Shown: positions 37,755 to 46,893 of the stretch, in pieces
How the letters are laid out: each line of letters begins with the position of its first letter
How positions within the stretch are numbered: position 1 is the first letter of the stretch
Virus record (IMG/VR): IMGVR_UViG_3300021185_003122
Coordinates: 1-64,000 of that record
DNA length: 64,000 bases
Reading direction: 5' to 3' (one strand)
Source: a virus
Made by a program: the position numbers and the translations under genes
The notes under the pieces: generated by a model
Seen by the model: the letters and a program-made list of their open reading frames with translations, nothing else
Database searches by the model: none
Told to the model about the DNA's origin: nothing

Positions 37755-38720
37755 TTATTTAAGTAATTCAGGAGATGGATTACTTATCTTTTTATTGATT
37801 TGTCTGTACCTTTGTATGAAGTAACTTGCTATGTCTTTATGAAACTCTTGATCATAATGAAGATAATCCCTAGACTTAGAATAAGTTCTTTTCATCTTAA
37901 ACTTTTTACCTAAAGTAAGAGAGCAGTATTCTTCATATTCATGCCCATAATAATTTGGGTTAGGCATAAATATTAGATTAATATTATTAGATTCACATAA
38001 GTACTGAATAGCATTTATATTTCTTTTGAATGACAATGCCATACTTTCTTCAGTTAAAAAGTAATTCCTATAATTTTCTATAAGCTCTTTTCTTCTGGTA
38101 TCTATACCATCTGGATCCTTATCGTACACATTTAAAATAGCAGGAGTCAAAGTAGTCTTTCTAACATAATTATAATCTTCCGACCAGTAGTAATAAAGCT
38201 CTCTTGCTCTTTCCGGAATCAAAAGCATTACTGTATCTATCTTCATCCTAGGAAGTTCATATGCAAGAACTTTGTACGCCTCACTGAGCGAACCTCCAGG
38301 TATTCCTCCGTTTAAAACTGGTTTGTTCAAAGATTTAGAAACTAAATAAGGCCAGACTTTATCTTCAAAATTACCGGCACCGAAAGTATCACTGCACCCT
38401 AATGTAAGTATAGAGTTTTCTTTATGAACTACTTTGTCTGCTGTACATCTTCTATATCCGAACTTATTGTATCTATACCTTAAGTGAATGATGTCTCCAT
38501 ATTCATCTACCCAGCCTTTCTTTATATACTTTTTAAATAATTTTGGATCCTTGATGTCTTCTCTCAATTGATCAACTCCTTTTTGTTCAACATCTTCTTG
38601 CAACTTATTTTGAAACATATGATGCTTACCAAAAATGATTGGAGAGATATATGAAGAACTAAAATTATCTGTGTTTAAAAAATTATTACAGGCTTTGTTT
38701 AAGGCTTCTATATCCTTCAT
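37755..38720 (-). CDS. SGNH/GDSL hydrolase-like protein
   Basis: LGCSDTFG, NGGIPG, RDYLHY. Confidence 0.7.
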   Translation of the reverse strand: MKDIEALNKACNNFLNTDNFSSSYISPIIFGKHHMFQNKLQEDVEQKGVDQLREDIKDPKLFKKYIKKGWVDEYGDIIHLRYRYNKFGYRRCTADKVVHKENSILTLGCSDTFGAGNFEDKVWPYLVSKSLNKPVLNGGIPGGSLSEAYKVLAYELPRMKIDTVMLLIPERARELYYYWSEDYNYVRKTTLTPAILNVYDKDPDGIDTRRKELIENYRNYFLTEESMALSFKRNINAIQYLCESNNINLIFMPNPNYYGHEYEEYCSLTLGKKFKMKRTYSKSRDYLHYDQEFHKDIASYFIQRYRQINKKISNPSPELLK

Positions 38721-39082
38721 TATTTAATACTTTCTAAAAGCTTCCAACAGTCAATTTGCTCATCAGCTAACTCCTCTACATGAAGGTGTTCTAGACAGCT
38801 TTCAAGAGCATTTCTCCATTGTGATTTAGGAAGAGATATTTCATACATAGTATCAGCTTCTTCAAATGTAATCTCAAATAAAGGAGCAGAACGTTTATCT
38901 TTTCTAAATGCAGTATCTATTCCATTAACAATTGATCTTGTAACTGATAGCGTCTTTCTTTTAAATAAACCTTCGAATTCGTTTGTGTTATTAAAATGTA
39001 ATCTAACCACGGTTTTCTGATATTTTTCTAGCTTTATCCCAGATCTCATTCTTCTCAAAAGAACCTGTATCTGAAAAGTCAA
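38720..39082 (-). CDS. Hypothetical protein
   Basis: ORF track; true start may be downstream. Confidence 0.5.
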   Translation of the reverse strand: MTFQIQVLLRRMRSGIKLEKYQKTVVRLHFNNTNEFEGLFKRKTLSVTRSIVNGIDTAFRKDKRSAPLFEITFEEADTMYEISLPKSQWRNALESCLEHLHVEELADEQIDCWKLLESIK

Positions 39083-39320
39083 CTATGTTATTTGTGCCCC
39101 AAGTATAGACTGGGCCATGATATTCGTAAGTAGTCATAGGAACTACTACGTTACCTAGTTCAGCATAGTCTGGTTCTGTAATCCTTCTAGGACCGTTAAA
39201 TGCTCTAAAGTCTTTTGTAGTAACTCTAGTCCATTTCTCATTAAAGAATATTTCTAATACACCAGCAGTATTATATTCATTAATAAGACTCTGTTGTTCT
39301 AATCCTCTCTTTTCTGCCAT
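39003..39320 (-). CDS. Hypothetical protein
   Basis: Class I promoter at ~39335-39368. Confidence 0.55.
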   Translation of the reverse strand: MAEKRGLEQQSLINEYNTAGVLEIFFNEKWTRVTTKDFRAFNGPRRITEPDYAELGNVVVPMTTYEYHGPVYTWGTNNIVDFSDTGSFEKNEIWDKARKISENRG

Positions 39321-39354
39321 AACCTTTTATTTAACTAAATATAAGAAAACTTAT

Positions 39355-39945
39355 TTAGAATTCCAACTTATAGTCACTAAACTTTATCATATAAGAAGTC
39401 ATTTTAGTTCCGTTACCGTCTTTAAATTCGTACCCTTTTCTAAAGAACTTCTTTACATTGCCTGGACCAGCTAAATGTGCTGCTGCTAATATACCAGACT
39501 CTGTAATAAAAATACCATTGACAGTTTCTCCATGATACTTTTCTATCTGCCTTCTTAATATATGTTTATTGTGATTTAATAAAGCATACATAGCCTCTTC
39601 TTGAATTGAAGCATTAGCTAAAAACTCTCTATTAGATACATCTTTATATCCTAATGCGTTAAGAGTTTTTCTACCAAACTGATACTTGCCTAAATATCCA
39701 AATTGGTTAACTGCTTTATAATTTCCGGAAGACTCTCTCATTCCTAAGTCTTCTAAAAACTTTGTGTGATTTTTAATAATAAGCTCTACTTTTGGAGCTT
39801 CTATCTTTGGGGTAGTTTCGATCAAGGCCAAGGGCCTGAGAGGTTCTTCTACTACTGTTTCAACTGTCATTCTTGCCGCCATCGTAAATGCCATAACAAA
39901 TGTAGATGCTAAAGACACACCGATGGTTAAAATTAAGTTTCTCAT
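39355..39945 (-). CDS. Membrane-anchored lysozyme-like/lytic transglycosylase
   Basis: RESSGNY...GYLGKYQF...LAAAHLAG; N-terminal signal anchor. Confidence 0.7.
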   Translation of the reverse strand: MRNLILTIGVSLASTFVMAFTMAARMTVETVVEEPLRPLALIETTPKIEAPKVELIIKNHTKFLEDLGMRESSGNYKAVNQFGYLGKYQFGRKTLNALGYKDVSNREFLANASIQEEAMYALLNHNKHILRRQIEKYHGETVNGIFITESGILAAAHLAGPGNVKKFFRKGYEFKDGNGTKMTSYMIKFSDYKLEF

Positions 39946-39959
39946 AAAATAGTTTTAAA

Positions 39960-40109
39960 TTAAAATAGATCGAGGAAGTTTGTATCGATCTTTTTTTCCC
40001 TTAACTTATCGTTAAGTTCAGACTTCTTTACTAAGTCGTCTGCTACTCTTCTTTCAAGAGGTTTCTTTTTTTTCCAAGTCGAAAACTTATTATTTTTCTT
40101 TTTGGCCAT
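39960..40109 (-). CDS. Small basic protein (49 aa)
   Basis: Not in ORF track: MAKKKNNKFSTWKKKKPLERRVADDL...; class II motif directly upstream. Confidence 0.6.
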   Translation of the reverse strand: MAKKKNNKFSTWKKKKPLERRVADDLVKKSELNDKLREKKIDTNFLDLF

Positions 40110-40123
40110 GTGTATAAATAGTT

Positions 40124-40759
40124 TTATAGTCTGGAAATGTATTCACTTCCATCCTCCTTATTATCTTCTTCGTATAAACCTAAGCTTTTTAGATGTTCTA
40201 TATGAGCTTCATCTAATTCCCAATCTGGTTCATCATCTTTAGTCTTAACGTAATCTTCCATTGCCTCTGCTTGTTTCTCTTCTATAGGCGATGCTGCATA
40301 TAGAAAGGAGCAATTGTAGCAGAGAAACTCTAAATTATCTAAATGCCAATTCTTTTTGTTGCCATCTATAAAATTTAAGATAACTGGAACTTTAGTATCT
40401 TTGATACGTCTTTCTGAAAATCCACAAGAGTTACATTTCTCTTCTATCATTCCTTCAAAGATTAATCTCTCTTTAATCTCTTTAGCTTTGAAATGCTCTA
40501 TTGGTACTCTTCCTTCTAATAAATCCATAAGAGGAATCTGACTAGAACCTTTTAATGCAAACTTTGGAATACCTACTCCTGATTGATTCTTGTGAGCTTC
40601 TAATAAAGTAACCCCATCATCATTCTTGTACATCTTTGCATACTTTTTGTAATGATTATAAGATACATGTAGGTATCTTGATGCGGCTAGATTAGATCTA
40701 GTCATCTTCATTGCACGGAGAATATCCTCCTTAGTAAGTATTTTAGTTGGAGTTGGCAT
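40124..40759 (-). CDS. HNH-endonuclease-like protein (degenerate)
   Basis: CNSCG...LNFIDGNKKNW.LDNLEFLCYNC. Confidence 0.65.
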   Translation of the reverse strand: MPTPTKILTKEDILRAMKMTRSNLAASRYLHVSYNHYKKYAKMYKNDDGVTLLEAHKNQSGVGIPKFALKGSSQIPLMDLLEGRVPIEHFKAKEIKERLIFEGMIEEKCNSCGFSERRIKDTKVPVILNFIDGNKKNWHLDNLEFLCYNCSFLYAASPIEEKQAEAMEDYVKTKDDEPDWELDEAHIEHLKSLGLYEEDNKEDGSEYISRL

Positions 40760-41142
40760 TAATAGTCTATTCCTTCTATTCCTTCTTGTTCTTTATTAGG
40801 ATCAAATGAATCATATTCTTCTTCTTCATCCTCAAGTACTTGATTTACTTTCTCTTTAACTGATTGTGATATAGCTGATTCATCTGTATCTAGGTCAAGC
40901 ATCTCAAGATGAACTTTCTTACCTGATAACTCAGCTTCTTTCTGTGCTATAGAAAAAGCTCTATCTTGATCCATAATAATAATATCATTATATGTATGGT
41001 CTCCTGAGCCTTCTACAGTGGTTATACCTACTACAGGTTTAGCTGTAGAACAATCAACACATACGTGATAGCCTAACTCTTTTCTCTTTACTGGTAATCT
41101 GTCCTCGTTACATGCAGGACAATTAATCATTTCTAATTGCAT
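40759..41142 (-). CDS. C4 zinc-finger protein, DksA/TraR-like, acidic tail
   Basis: CPAC...R..LGYHVCVDCS; class I promoter at ~41168-41201. Confidence 0.55.
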   Translation of the reverse strand: MQLEMINCPACNEDRLPVKRKELGYHVCVDCSTAKPVVGITTVEGSGDHTYNDIIIMDQDRAFSIAQKEAELSGKKVHLEMLDLDTDESAISQSVKEKVNQVLEDEEEEYDSFDPNKEQEGIEGIDY

Positions 41143-41187
41143 ATTATAACCGTTTTAAATATTAGATATAAATATAAGAAGAATATA

Positions 41188-42189
41188 TTAAATAAACAAC
41201 TTTTTACTACTATTTTTAGACTTAACTATCTCTTGTTTAGAGTACTTAATATACCAGTCTTCTATATACATTTCCTTAAATCTAAAAGGATTTTTCCTGC
41301 CTTTCATAGATGTTTTAATATAACCATTTACTATCATATTTAAATCTTTAATATCACCTACTAAATTAGCAATAGGAACTCCACATTTTGGTTCTACTTC
41401 ATTTGCAACATACCAATTGGTCATTGTTTCACTTAAAAAATTATCTCTATGACCTAAAGCAAAAGAACCATTCCAGACATTTTCATTAACAATATCATAC
41501 TGAGTAGGATCATCATTATCAAAATATGCAGTTTGAAGATTTTTACCTCTCATACAATCTACTGGAAGCCATAAGTGACCATCATCACCTTTAATAGTAG
41601 AGTAATTAAAGTCGTCTTTTTCAAAATCTATTATAGGTTTATCTTTAAAGTTAAACATTAATTCCTCATATTGAAATCCTAAATGTCTAGGATTATCATA
41701 ATGATAAAACTCTTCTATTTTATGAACTCCAGCATTTATAGACTCTAGTATTGATAATCTCTTAACTGAATCTAATAATGAAGCATCTCCTTTAACATCT
41801 CCACCCCATGATGTAAAGTTAGAATGGTACATATGAGTAAATGTTCTATGAAGATAGTTTAAAAACTGTCTCTTTTCTTCTGATTTACTTTTGAACTCTA
41901 ATGTATCTATATCAATAGGATAATCTATACCTGTAAATTTAACTGCTGTCTTTATAGATTGCTTTAGCTCTTCTGTAAGTTGGTCTATTTTGTTTTGATC
42001 CCAAGGTAAACCTCCTGCAGGTAAACTATAATTTTCTATAGTAGGTTGTGAGCTCTGAATATTTTCATTTAAAACCTGAACAAATTTATGAGTAAAAAAA
42101 TTATTCTGAAACTGAAAAGAAAGTATTTTTTCAGAAACATCAGGTTGCCCGTCTTTATATCCTATGTAATCAAATACTAGGTGAAGCAT
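41188..42189 (-). CDS. Hypothetical phage protein
   Basis: 333 aa ORF; LNYLH..F and IN.GVH.IE motifs. Confidence 0.55.
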   Translation of the reverse strand: MLHLVFDYIGYKDGQPDVSEKILSFQFQNNFFTHKFVQVLNENIQSSQPTIENYSLPAGGLPWDQNKIDQLTEELKQSIKTAVKFTGIDYPIDIDTLEFKSKSEEKRQFLNYLHRTFTHMYHSNFTSWGGDVKGDASLLDSVKRLSILESINAGVHKIEEFYHYDNPRHLGFQYEELMFNFKDKPIIDFEKDDFNYSTIKGDDGHLWLPVDCMRGKNLQTAYFDNDDPTQYDIVNENVWNGSFALGHRDNFLSETMTNWYVANEVEPKCGVPIANLVGDIKDLNMIVNGYIKTSMKGRKNPFRFKEMYIEDWYIKYSKQEIVKSKNSSKKLFI

Positions 42190-42589
42190 TAGTATATGAG
42201 CTTATAACTTTCCAGACATCTTCTGGTGTCTTAAATGGATGAGTAGTTTCTTTTTGGTTTTTTTCTAGAGTAATAGTACCGTCCCATTCTTTATCAGGAG
42301 CTAGTTGATACAAATACATTTGAATTAATGCAAGCTGTTCCTTACTGAAGTGCATCTTCATAAGGTTTTCTATAACATTAAAGAACTGATCTTCATATGC
42401 AGTCATATCCATTCCTATTTCATCTGCCATAAAATCTCTTCTGTCTTCTATTTTACGAAGCTGCAATATAACTTGAATAAATAATTTCTTATCCATAAAT
42501 GATTTATCAGGAGATTTAATTTTAATTCGGTACGAAAGAGGATGAATTGAAAAAAGAGTTTGTCTTAATCTTTTTTTTGGGTCTATCAT
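42170..42589 (-). CDS. Hypothetical protein
   Basis: ORF track. Confidence 0.55.
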   Translation of the reverse strand: MIDPKKRLRQTLFSIHPLSYRIKIKSPDKSFMDKKLFIQVILQLRKIEDRRDFMADEIGMDMTAYEDQFFNVIENLMKMHFSKEQLALIQMYLYQLAPDKEWDGTITLEKNQKETTHPFKTPEDVWKVISSYTNASPSI

Positions 42590-42960
42590 AATTCTGGTTC
42601 TTCAGGTTCTACTTCGCTTGCTTCTGGGTTTTGATGTGATAATGCTTTTCTAATTATCTTATCAAAGTATTCGATGTAGATGAAGAATCCTATAATAGTT
42701 TTGTCTTTTAAATTACGATCTCTTTCGACTCTTAATTCAAACTCAGCTAAGCCTTGTTCTAGTCTTTCTTCTAATTCAATCGCAATGTCATTCTGTTGAG
42801 TAGGAGTAAGTGAACCGAACTCAGTTGGAATAAATTGAACTTTAACTCCTTTCTTCTGAGGGTCTTCATTTGTATCTACTTTGAGTAGAAAGCTATGACC
42901 GGCAAAGTTTATCTTTGCAGCCTCAGTAACCATGCTTATTAGTTCTTGTATTCTTTTCAT
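42586..42960 (-). CDS. Hypothetical protein
   Basis: Class II motif upstream. Confidence 0.55.
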   Translation of the reverse strand: MKRIQELISMVTEAAKINFAGHSFLLKVDTNEDPQKKGVKVQFIPTEFGSLTPTQQNDIAIELEERLEQGLAEFELRVERDRNLKDKTIIGFFIYIEYFDKIIRKALSHQNPEASEVEPEEPEL

Positions 42961-42972
42961 ATTAATAAATAG

Positions 42973-43146
42973 TTATCCAAACAGCATAGTTTTAGAATTA
43001 GCTGAACCTTCTTCTAATATTTTATGCTCTACGATGGATCTGTTTCTTTTCCATTGTTCGATAGACCACTCTAATCTATCAGTAGTAAGCTCTATTTCTA
43101 CCTTTTTTCCGTCAGCGTGAGTAAATTCTACTATGTACTTTCTCAT
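42973..43146 (-). CDS. Small hypothetical protein (57 aa)
   Basis: Not in ORF track: MRKYIVEFTHADGKKVEIELTTDRLEWSIEQWKRNR...; ATGA overlap with upstream GT. Confidence 0.6.
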   Translation of the reverse strand: MRKYIVEFTHADGKKVEIELTTDRLEWSIEQWKRNRSIVEHKILEEGSANSKTMLFG

Positions 43147-44351
43147 AATTTAATTAAGTCTTCTGTATAAGTTTTAAGCTTATGTATAGTAATAAATAGA
43201 TTTCCTAACTGGAATTTACCTTCTTGTCCACTATCATCTAATATTTGAGTAAGCTTCTGCATATATTCAAAATCAGTATTGTTAAATAGTTTACCATTTA
43301 CTTCAACTATTACATCATTAGTACATAAGTGAGCTAGTGAATGAACTCTATCCTGTAAATTAATTTTAGTGTTAGGTTGCTCCTCTAGAATATAACTAGC
43401 AAAGTCTGAGTCTATACATATACAGTCACCCCATGGCTCTAATGCATGAAGAAGATTCTTGTTAGAGTTTTTTATTCTTATACCTATGTTATACTTATTA
43501 GGAACTATAGGTTTCATTAACGCATCATGCATGACAAAATGACCCCACTTACGAATAAAGTTACGAGTTGATCTTTGATTCTGTGCTAGCCATTCCGGAC
43601 TGTCTTCATATATGTTTTTAGCCTTATCCAAAGTATTTCTTCTACTTCCTCTAGAAGTCATATGGTATACAAATCCATCCCATACTTGCTTAAACTTAAC
43701 TCCGTTCAATTGAAATCTATTAAATATATCTGAGTCTTCTTTTGATTGAGGAGCATATAAAGGATCATGTCCTCCTATCTCTTGAAAGTCTTTTCTATAA
43801 AATGCCCATGGAGCAAATATACCTTCAGTTACTTTAGAAGCATTCTTCATAGAAGGTAACTGCTTAAGGAACTCCTCCTCTATAAATTCTTCTGGTTCTA
43901 CTCCTCCGCTCCATAGTATCTTCTCTGGACCGTCTGGGTGTAATGGAGGTTCTATTCTAGTCAAAGATACTATAGTCTTCTCTTCTATCTCTCTTTCAAC
44001 AGCATCTAATGCTCCAGGAGCTAAATACATATCGGCATGATAAATCATAGCGATATCATTTGTTGCTACATCATTAACTAATGTATCATATAGTATTGTA
44101 TGTCCTAATCTATCTGGTCCTTCATTTCTATGAGCTTTAAATAATGGATCTTTATCCATCATCTCTATACACCAATCCCAAGTACCGTCTGTCGAAGCAT
44201 CATCAGCTACACAAATTTCTACCTCATGGTTACCTTGATTCTTTCTTATAGCATCATAAGCCCACTTAAGATACTTTAAATTGTTCCTTCCAGGTTGTAT
44301 TATACTTATCTTCATGGTAATATTTTTTATAATTGTCTTTAGCTGCTGCAC
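43143..44351 (-). CDS. Glycosyltransferase family 2 (start probably at MKISIIQ)
   Basis: VADDASTDGT, HADM, IGGHD...EDSD. Confidence 0.9.
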   Translation of the reverse strand: MQQLKTIIKNITMKISIIQPGRNNLKYLKWAYDAIRKNQGNHEVEICVADDASTDGTWDWCIEMMDKDPLFKAHRNEGPDRLGHTILYDTLVNDVATNDIAMIYHADMYLAPGALDAVEREIEEKTIVSLTRIEPPLHPDGPEKILWSGGVEPEEFIEEEFLKQLPSMKNASKVTEGIFAPWAFYRKDFQEIGGHDPLYAPQSKEDSDIFNRFQLNGVKFKQVWDGFVYHMTSRGSRRNTLDKAKNIYEDSPEWLAQNQRSTRNFIRKWGHFVMHDALMKPIVPNKYNIGIRIKNSNKNLLHALEPWGDCICIDSDFASYILEEQPNTKINLQDRVHSLAHLCTNDVIVEVNGKLFNNTDFEYMQKLTQILDDSGQEGKFQLGNLFITIHKLKTYTEDLIKL

Positions 44352-45201
44352 TACAAAAGTTATAGTAAGCAGTATCTTCTTTTAATTTACGAATAATTTC
44401 TCTGGCTTCAGGAATATCTCCTAACTTTATTGTAGTATTAGGATGGCACTTCTGTTGAGTATCTAATCCTTCGTACCCTATACATGGTATACCTAAGTAA
44501 GCACAGTTAAGAGCAAATGTTCCTGCTGCATGAGTTCTCATCAAATGAACTGCATACTTAAAGTTATTGAGTTCTTTAATCCATTCAACCCAATTCATAT
44601 AAGGAAGCTGGGTAATGCCTAGTTGAGCTTCTCCTTCTTGTCTTCTACCCATCATAGGGGAGTAGATTGGTTCTTCTAATGCAGAAGCTACTACAAATGA
44701 ATCAAACCCTCCATACCAACTAACAAAGTTACCTCCTATCATTACTCCTTTTCTGTCAACTCTAGGTAAATCTTTTATAGAGTCTTCTATCATAAGAGTA
44801 GGAAGTATTCTAACATCAGGATGATCTGTAATACCTTTGTAATATTCTTTATCTATTTCATTATGAGCAAATAATATATCAGCTTTTCTGATAGTATTGT
44901 AATACCAAATTTGTTCGACTAAAGTATAGTCCTGAAAGCACCATTGAGGTCCTTCTTGCATTATAGCTATCTTATCTGCATATGTTCTCATCTTATCGAA
45001 TGTATTGTTAGCCATCCAACTACTTACATTCTTCTTAGGTATAACACACAATGCTAAGTCATATTTCTCAGAAGGAGTATGAGTATAAGGAAAACAATCA
45101 GCTTCTAAAGCACAAGGCCATGCTTGCTCTGTTCTCATCATTTCAAAGTTTCTGGGTATCTTACCCATCATACCCATCTCAGTTACATAACATATTCTCA
45201 T
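44266..45201 (-). CDS. GT-B fold glycosyltransferase-like protein
   Basis: GTFALNCAYLGIPCIG is similar to the GT4 EX7E region. Confidence 0.6.
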   Translation of the reverse strand: MRICYVTEMGMMGKIPRNFEMMRTEQAWPCALEADCFPYTHTPSEKYDLALCVIPKKNVSSWMANNTFDKMRTYADKIAIMQEGPQWCFQDYTLVEQIWYYNTIRKADILFAHNEIDKEYYKGITDHPDVRILPTLMIEDSIKDLPRVDRKGVMIGGNFVSWYGGFDSFVVASALEEPIYSPMMGRRQEGEAQLGITQLPYMNWVEWIKELNNFKYAVHLMRTHAAGTFALNCAYLGIPCIGYEGLDTQQKCHPNTTIKLGDIPEAREIIRKLKEDTAYYNFCSAAAKDNYKKYYHEDKYNTTWKEQFKVS

Positions 45202-46040
45202 AATGACTTAATATAATCTATAATATTATATGTTGGTTTATATCCTAAGACATCTTTTGATGTTGATATATCAGCTAGACCTTTTGGTCTATCTCCTCTC
45301 CTAGCATCTATAAATTCGAAATGATGATCGAATGCTGCTGCTATTTCTAAAACGCTATAGTCTTCACCAGTTCCTAATTGAAACTCCTGGTTACATATAT
45401 TGTCTCCTGCTAGTACTAATCCATTTACTATATCATCTACATGAGTAAAATCTCTTCTTTGAGTTCCGTCTCCTGTAATGGTAAGAGGTCTTCCTTCTTC
45501 TCTTTGTCTCTTAAAAATATTAATTACTGATTGCCATTCATTATCCCAAGTGTCAGTTTTAGGACCATACACATTATAGAAGTAACATATGTTATATCTA
45601 ATATCATACCAGTCTCCATATCCTTGTGTTAGTTTAGCTATCATTGATTTGAAAAAAGCATAAGGTGAATGCATCTCACCAGGGTATGATAATTTAGTAG
45701 ATGATCCTGCATACACTATCGGTATATTATTCTTTCTTATAGCTTCTAATAACTTAAAGCTTCCTAATATGTTATAAGTAAAAGCAGTAGATATATCATC
45801 AAATGAAGGAACTACTTTTGAATACTCTCCTAGGTGATAAACTAAATCATAATCATCTTGTAATGCTTCTATCGATTGAATGGTCGATATAGGATGATAA
45901 TTTGCTCCTTCTATATGATTCTCAACTTTACCTGCAGAGTAATTATCCCAGCTGGTTACTTTATGTCCATCTTTTACTAATCTTTCTATTAGATTAGATC
46001 CAACTGCTCCAGCTCCTCCGGTGACTAATATTTTTTTCAT
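45198..46040 (-). CDS. NAD-dependent epimerase/dehydratase
   Basis: VTGGAGAVGS, YAFFK, YNVYGP, GDGTQRRDFTHVDD. Confidence 0.9.
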   Translation of the reverse strand: MKKILVTGGAGAVGSNLIERLVKDGHKVTSWDNYSAGKVENHIEGANYHPISTIQSIEALQDDYDLVYHLGEYSKVVPSFDDISTAFTYNILGSFKLLEAIRKNNIPIVYAGSSTKLSYPGEMHSPYAFFKSMIAKLTQGYGDWYDIRYNICYFYNVYGPKTDTWDNEWQSVINIFKRQREEGRPLTITGDGTQRRDFTHVDDIVNGLVLAGDNICNQEFQLGTGEDYSVLEIAAAFDHHFEFIDARRGDRPKGLADISTSKDVLGYKPTYNIIDYIKSL

Positions 46041-46041
46041 C

Positions 46042-46893
46042 TTAAAAGTATTTTTTATCTCCGTTAGGAAATATGTATTTAGTATTTCTTATATGTGTTT
46101 CTTTAAAATTAGGATAAGGAGTAAGAATAGTATTCTCTTTTCCGTTTCCTAATACTGCATCATTTATTCCGGCATGATAACCTAAATTAAATTTAGCATA
46201 ATACTTTACTGCTAGTTGCTCTCTCAAAGACAATTTTAAATCAGCAAAGTTTGTTTTATTTTTAAATAACTCTCCCCAATCAGTACCCTCTAAATCAAAC
46301 TCACTATAGTAAAAGACTGGATAGTCTTTATACTTAGTAGCTTCATCATAAAGAAAGGTATCAAATTCCCATCTACCTTTTAAGTTATTTATTCTACTAC
46401 CAAAAAGTAAACACCCGTATACCTCACCATTAGTAATTTCATTTACTTTATCTATTTCCTCTTGAGTAAAGTACAATTTTGGAGTACAGTCTTCTTCTTT
46501 TAACTCTTCTGGAGTAAATCCAAATCTATGTAGTATCTTTTCAGCTAAAGGAACTTCGTTATCTAATTGAGCTCTAAAATGATCATTTACTCCTTCACCA
46601 TTATATTCATCTACTAACTCTACATTAGGGTTATTATCATAAATTAAATTGATATAACTAGAAGGATCAAAGTCAGGACTATAAGACCAATTCATATAGT
46701 TTGGTGCAAGTGACTTTAATAACTTAGGAGAAGGAATTTTAAACTCTACTTCTGGGTAATGTTTTTTAAGCACTTCAAATACTCCGCTAATGTTAGACCA
46801 ATCGCCTATACTGTAGCTATGATATCTGGTAAAGAAAAATGTATCTTTAAGTTGATATCTTGGAGTATCTTTTTCGTACTTTATACCAATCAT
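46042..46893 (-). CDS. Putative glycosyltransferase (GT9-like)
   Basis: SIGDW..., NNPNV, LSLREQLA...G..AGI; located in sugar island. Confidence 0.45.
   Translation of the reverse strand: MIGIKYEKDTPRYQLKDTFFFTRYHSYSIGDWSNISGVFEVLKKHYPEVEFKIPSPKLLKSLAPNYMNWSYSPDFDPSSYINLIYDNNPNVELVDEYNGEGVNDHFRAQLDNEVPLAEKILHRFGFTPEELKEEDCTPKLYFTQEEIDKVNEITNGEVYGCLLFGSRINNLKGRWEFDTFLYDEATKYKDYPVFYYSEFDLEGTDWGELFKNKTNFADLKLSLREQLAVKYYAKFNLGYHAGINDAVLGNGKENTILTPYPNFKETHIRNTKYIFPNGDKKYF

Noticed and set aside
17043-41201. Repeated intergenic motif as a CRISPR array or integron attC sites
   Set aside because: Copies are degenerate, non-palindromic and separated by whole genes, and they match a promoter consensus. 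No cas or integrase gene is in the window.
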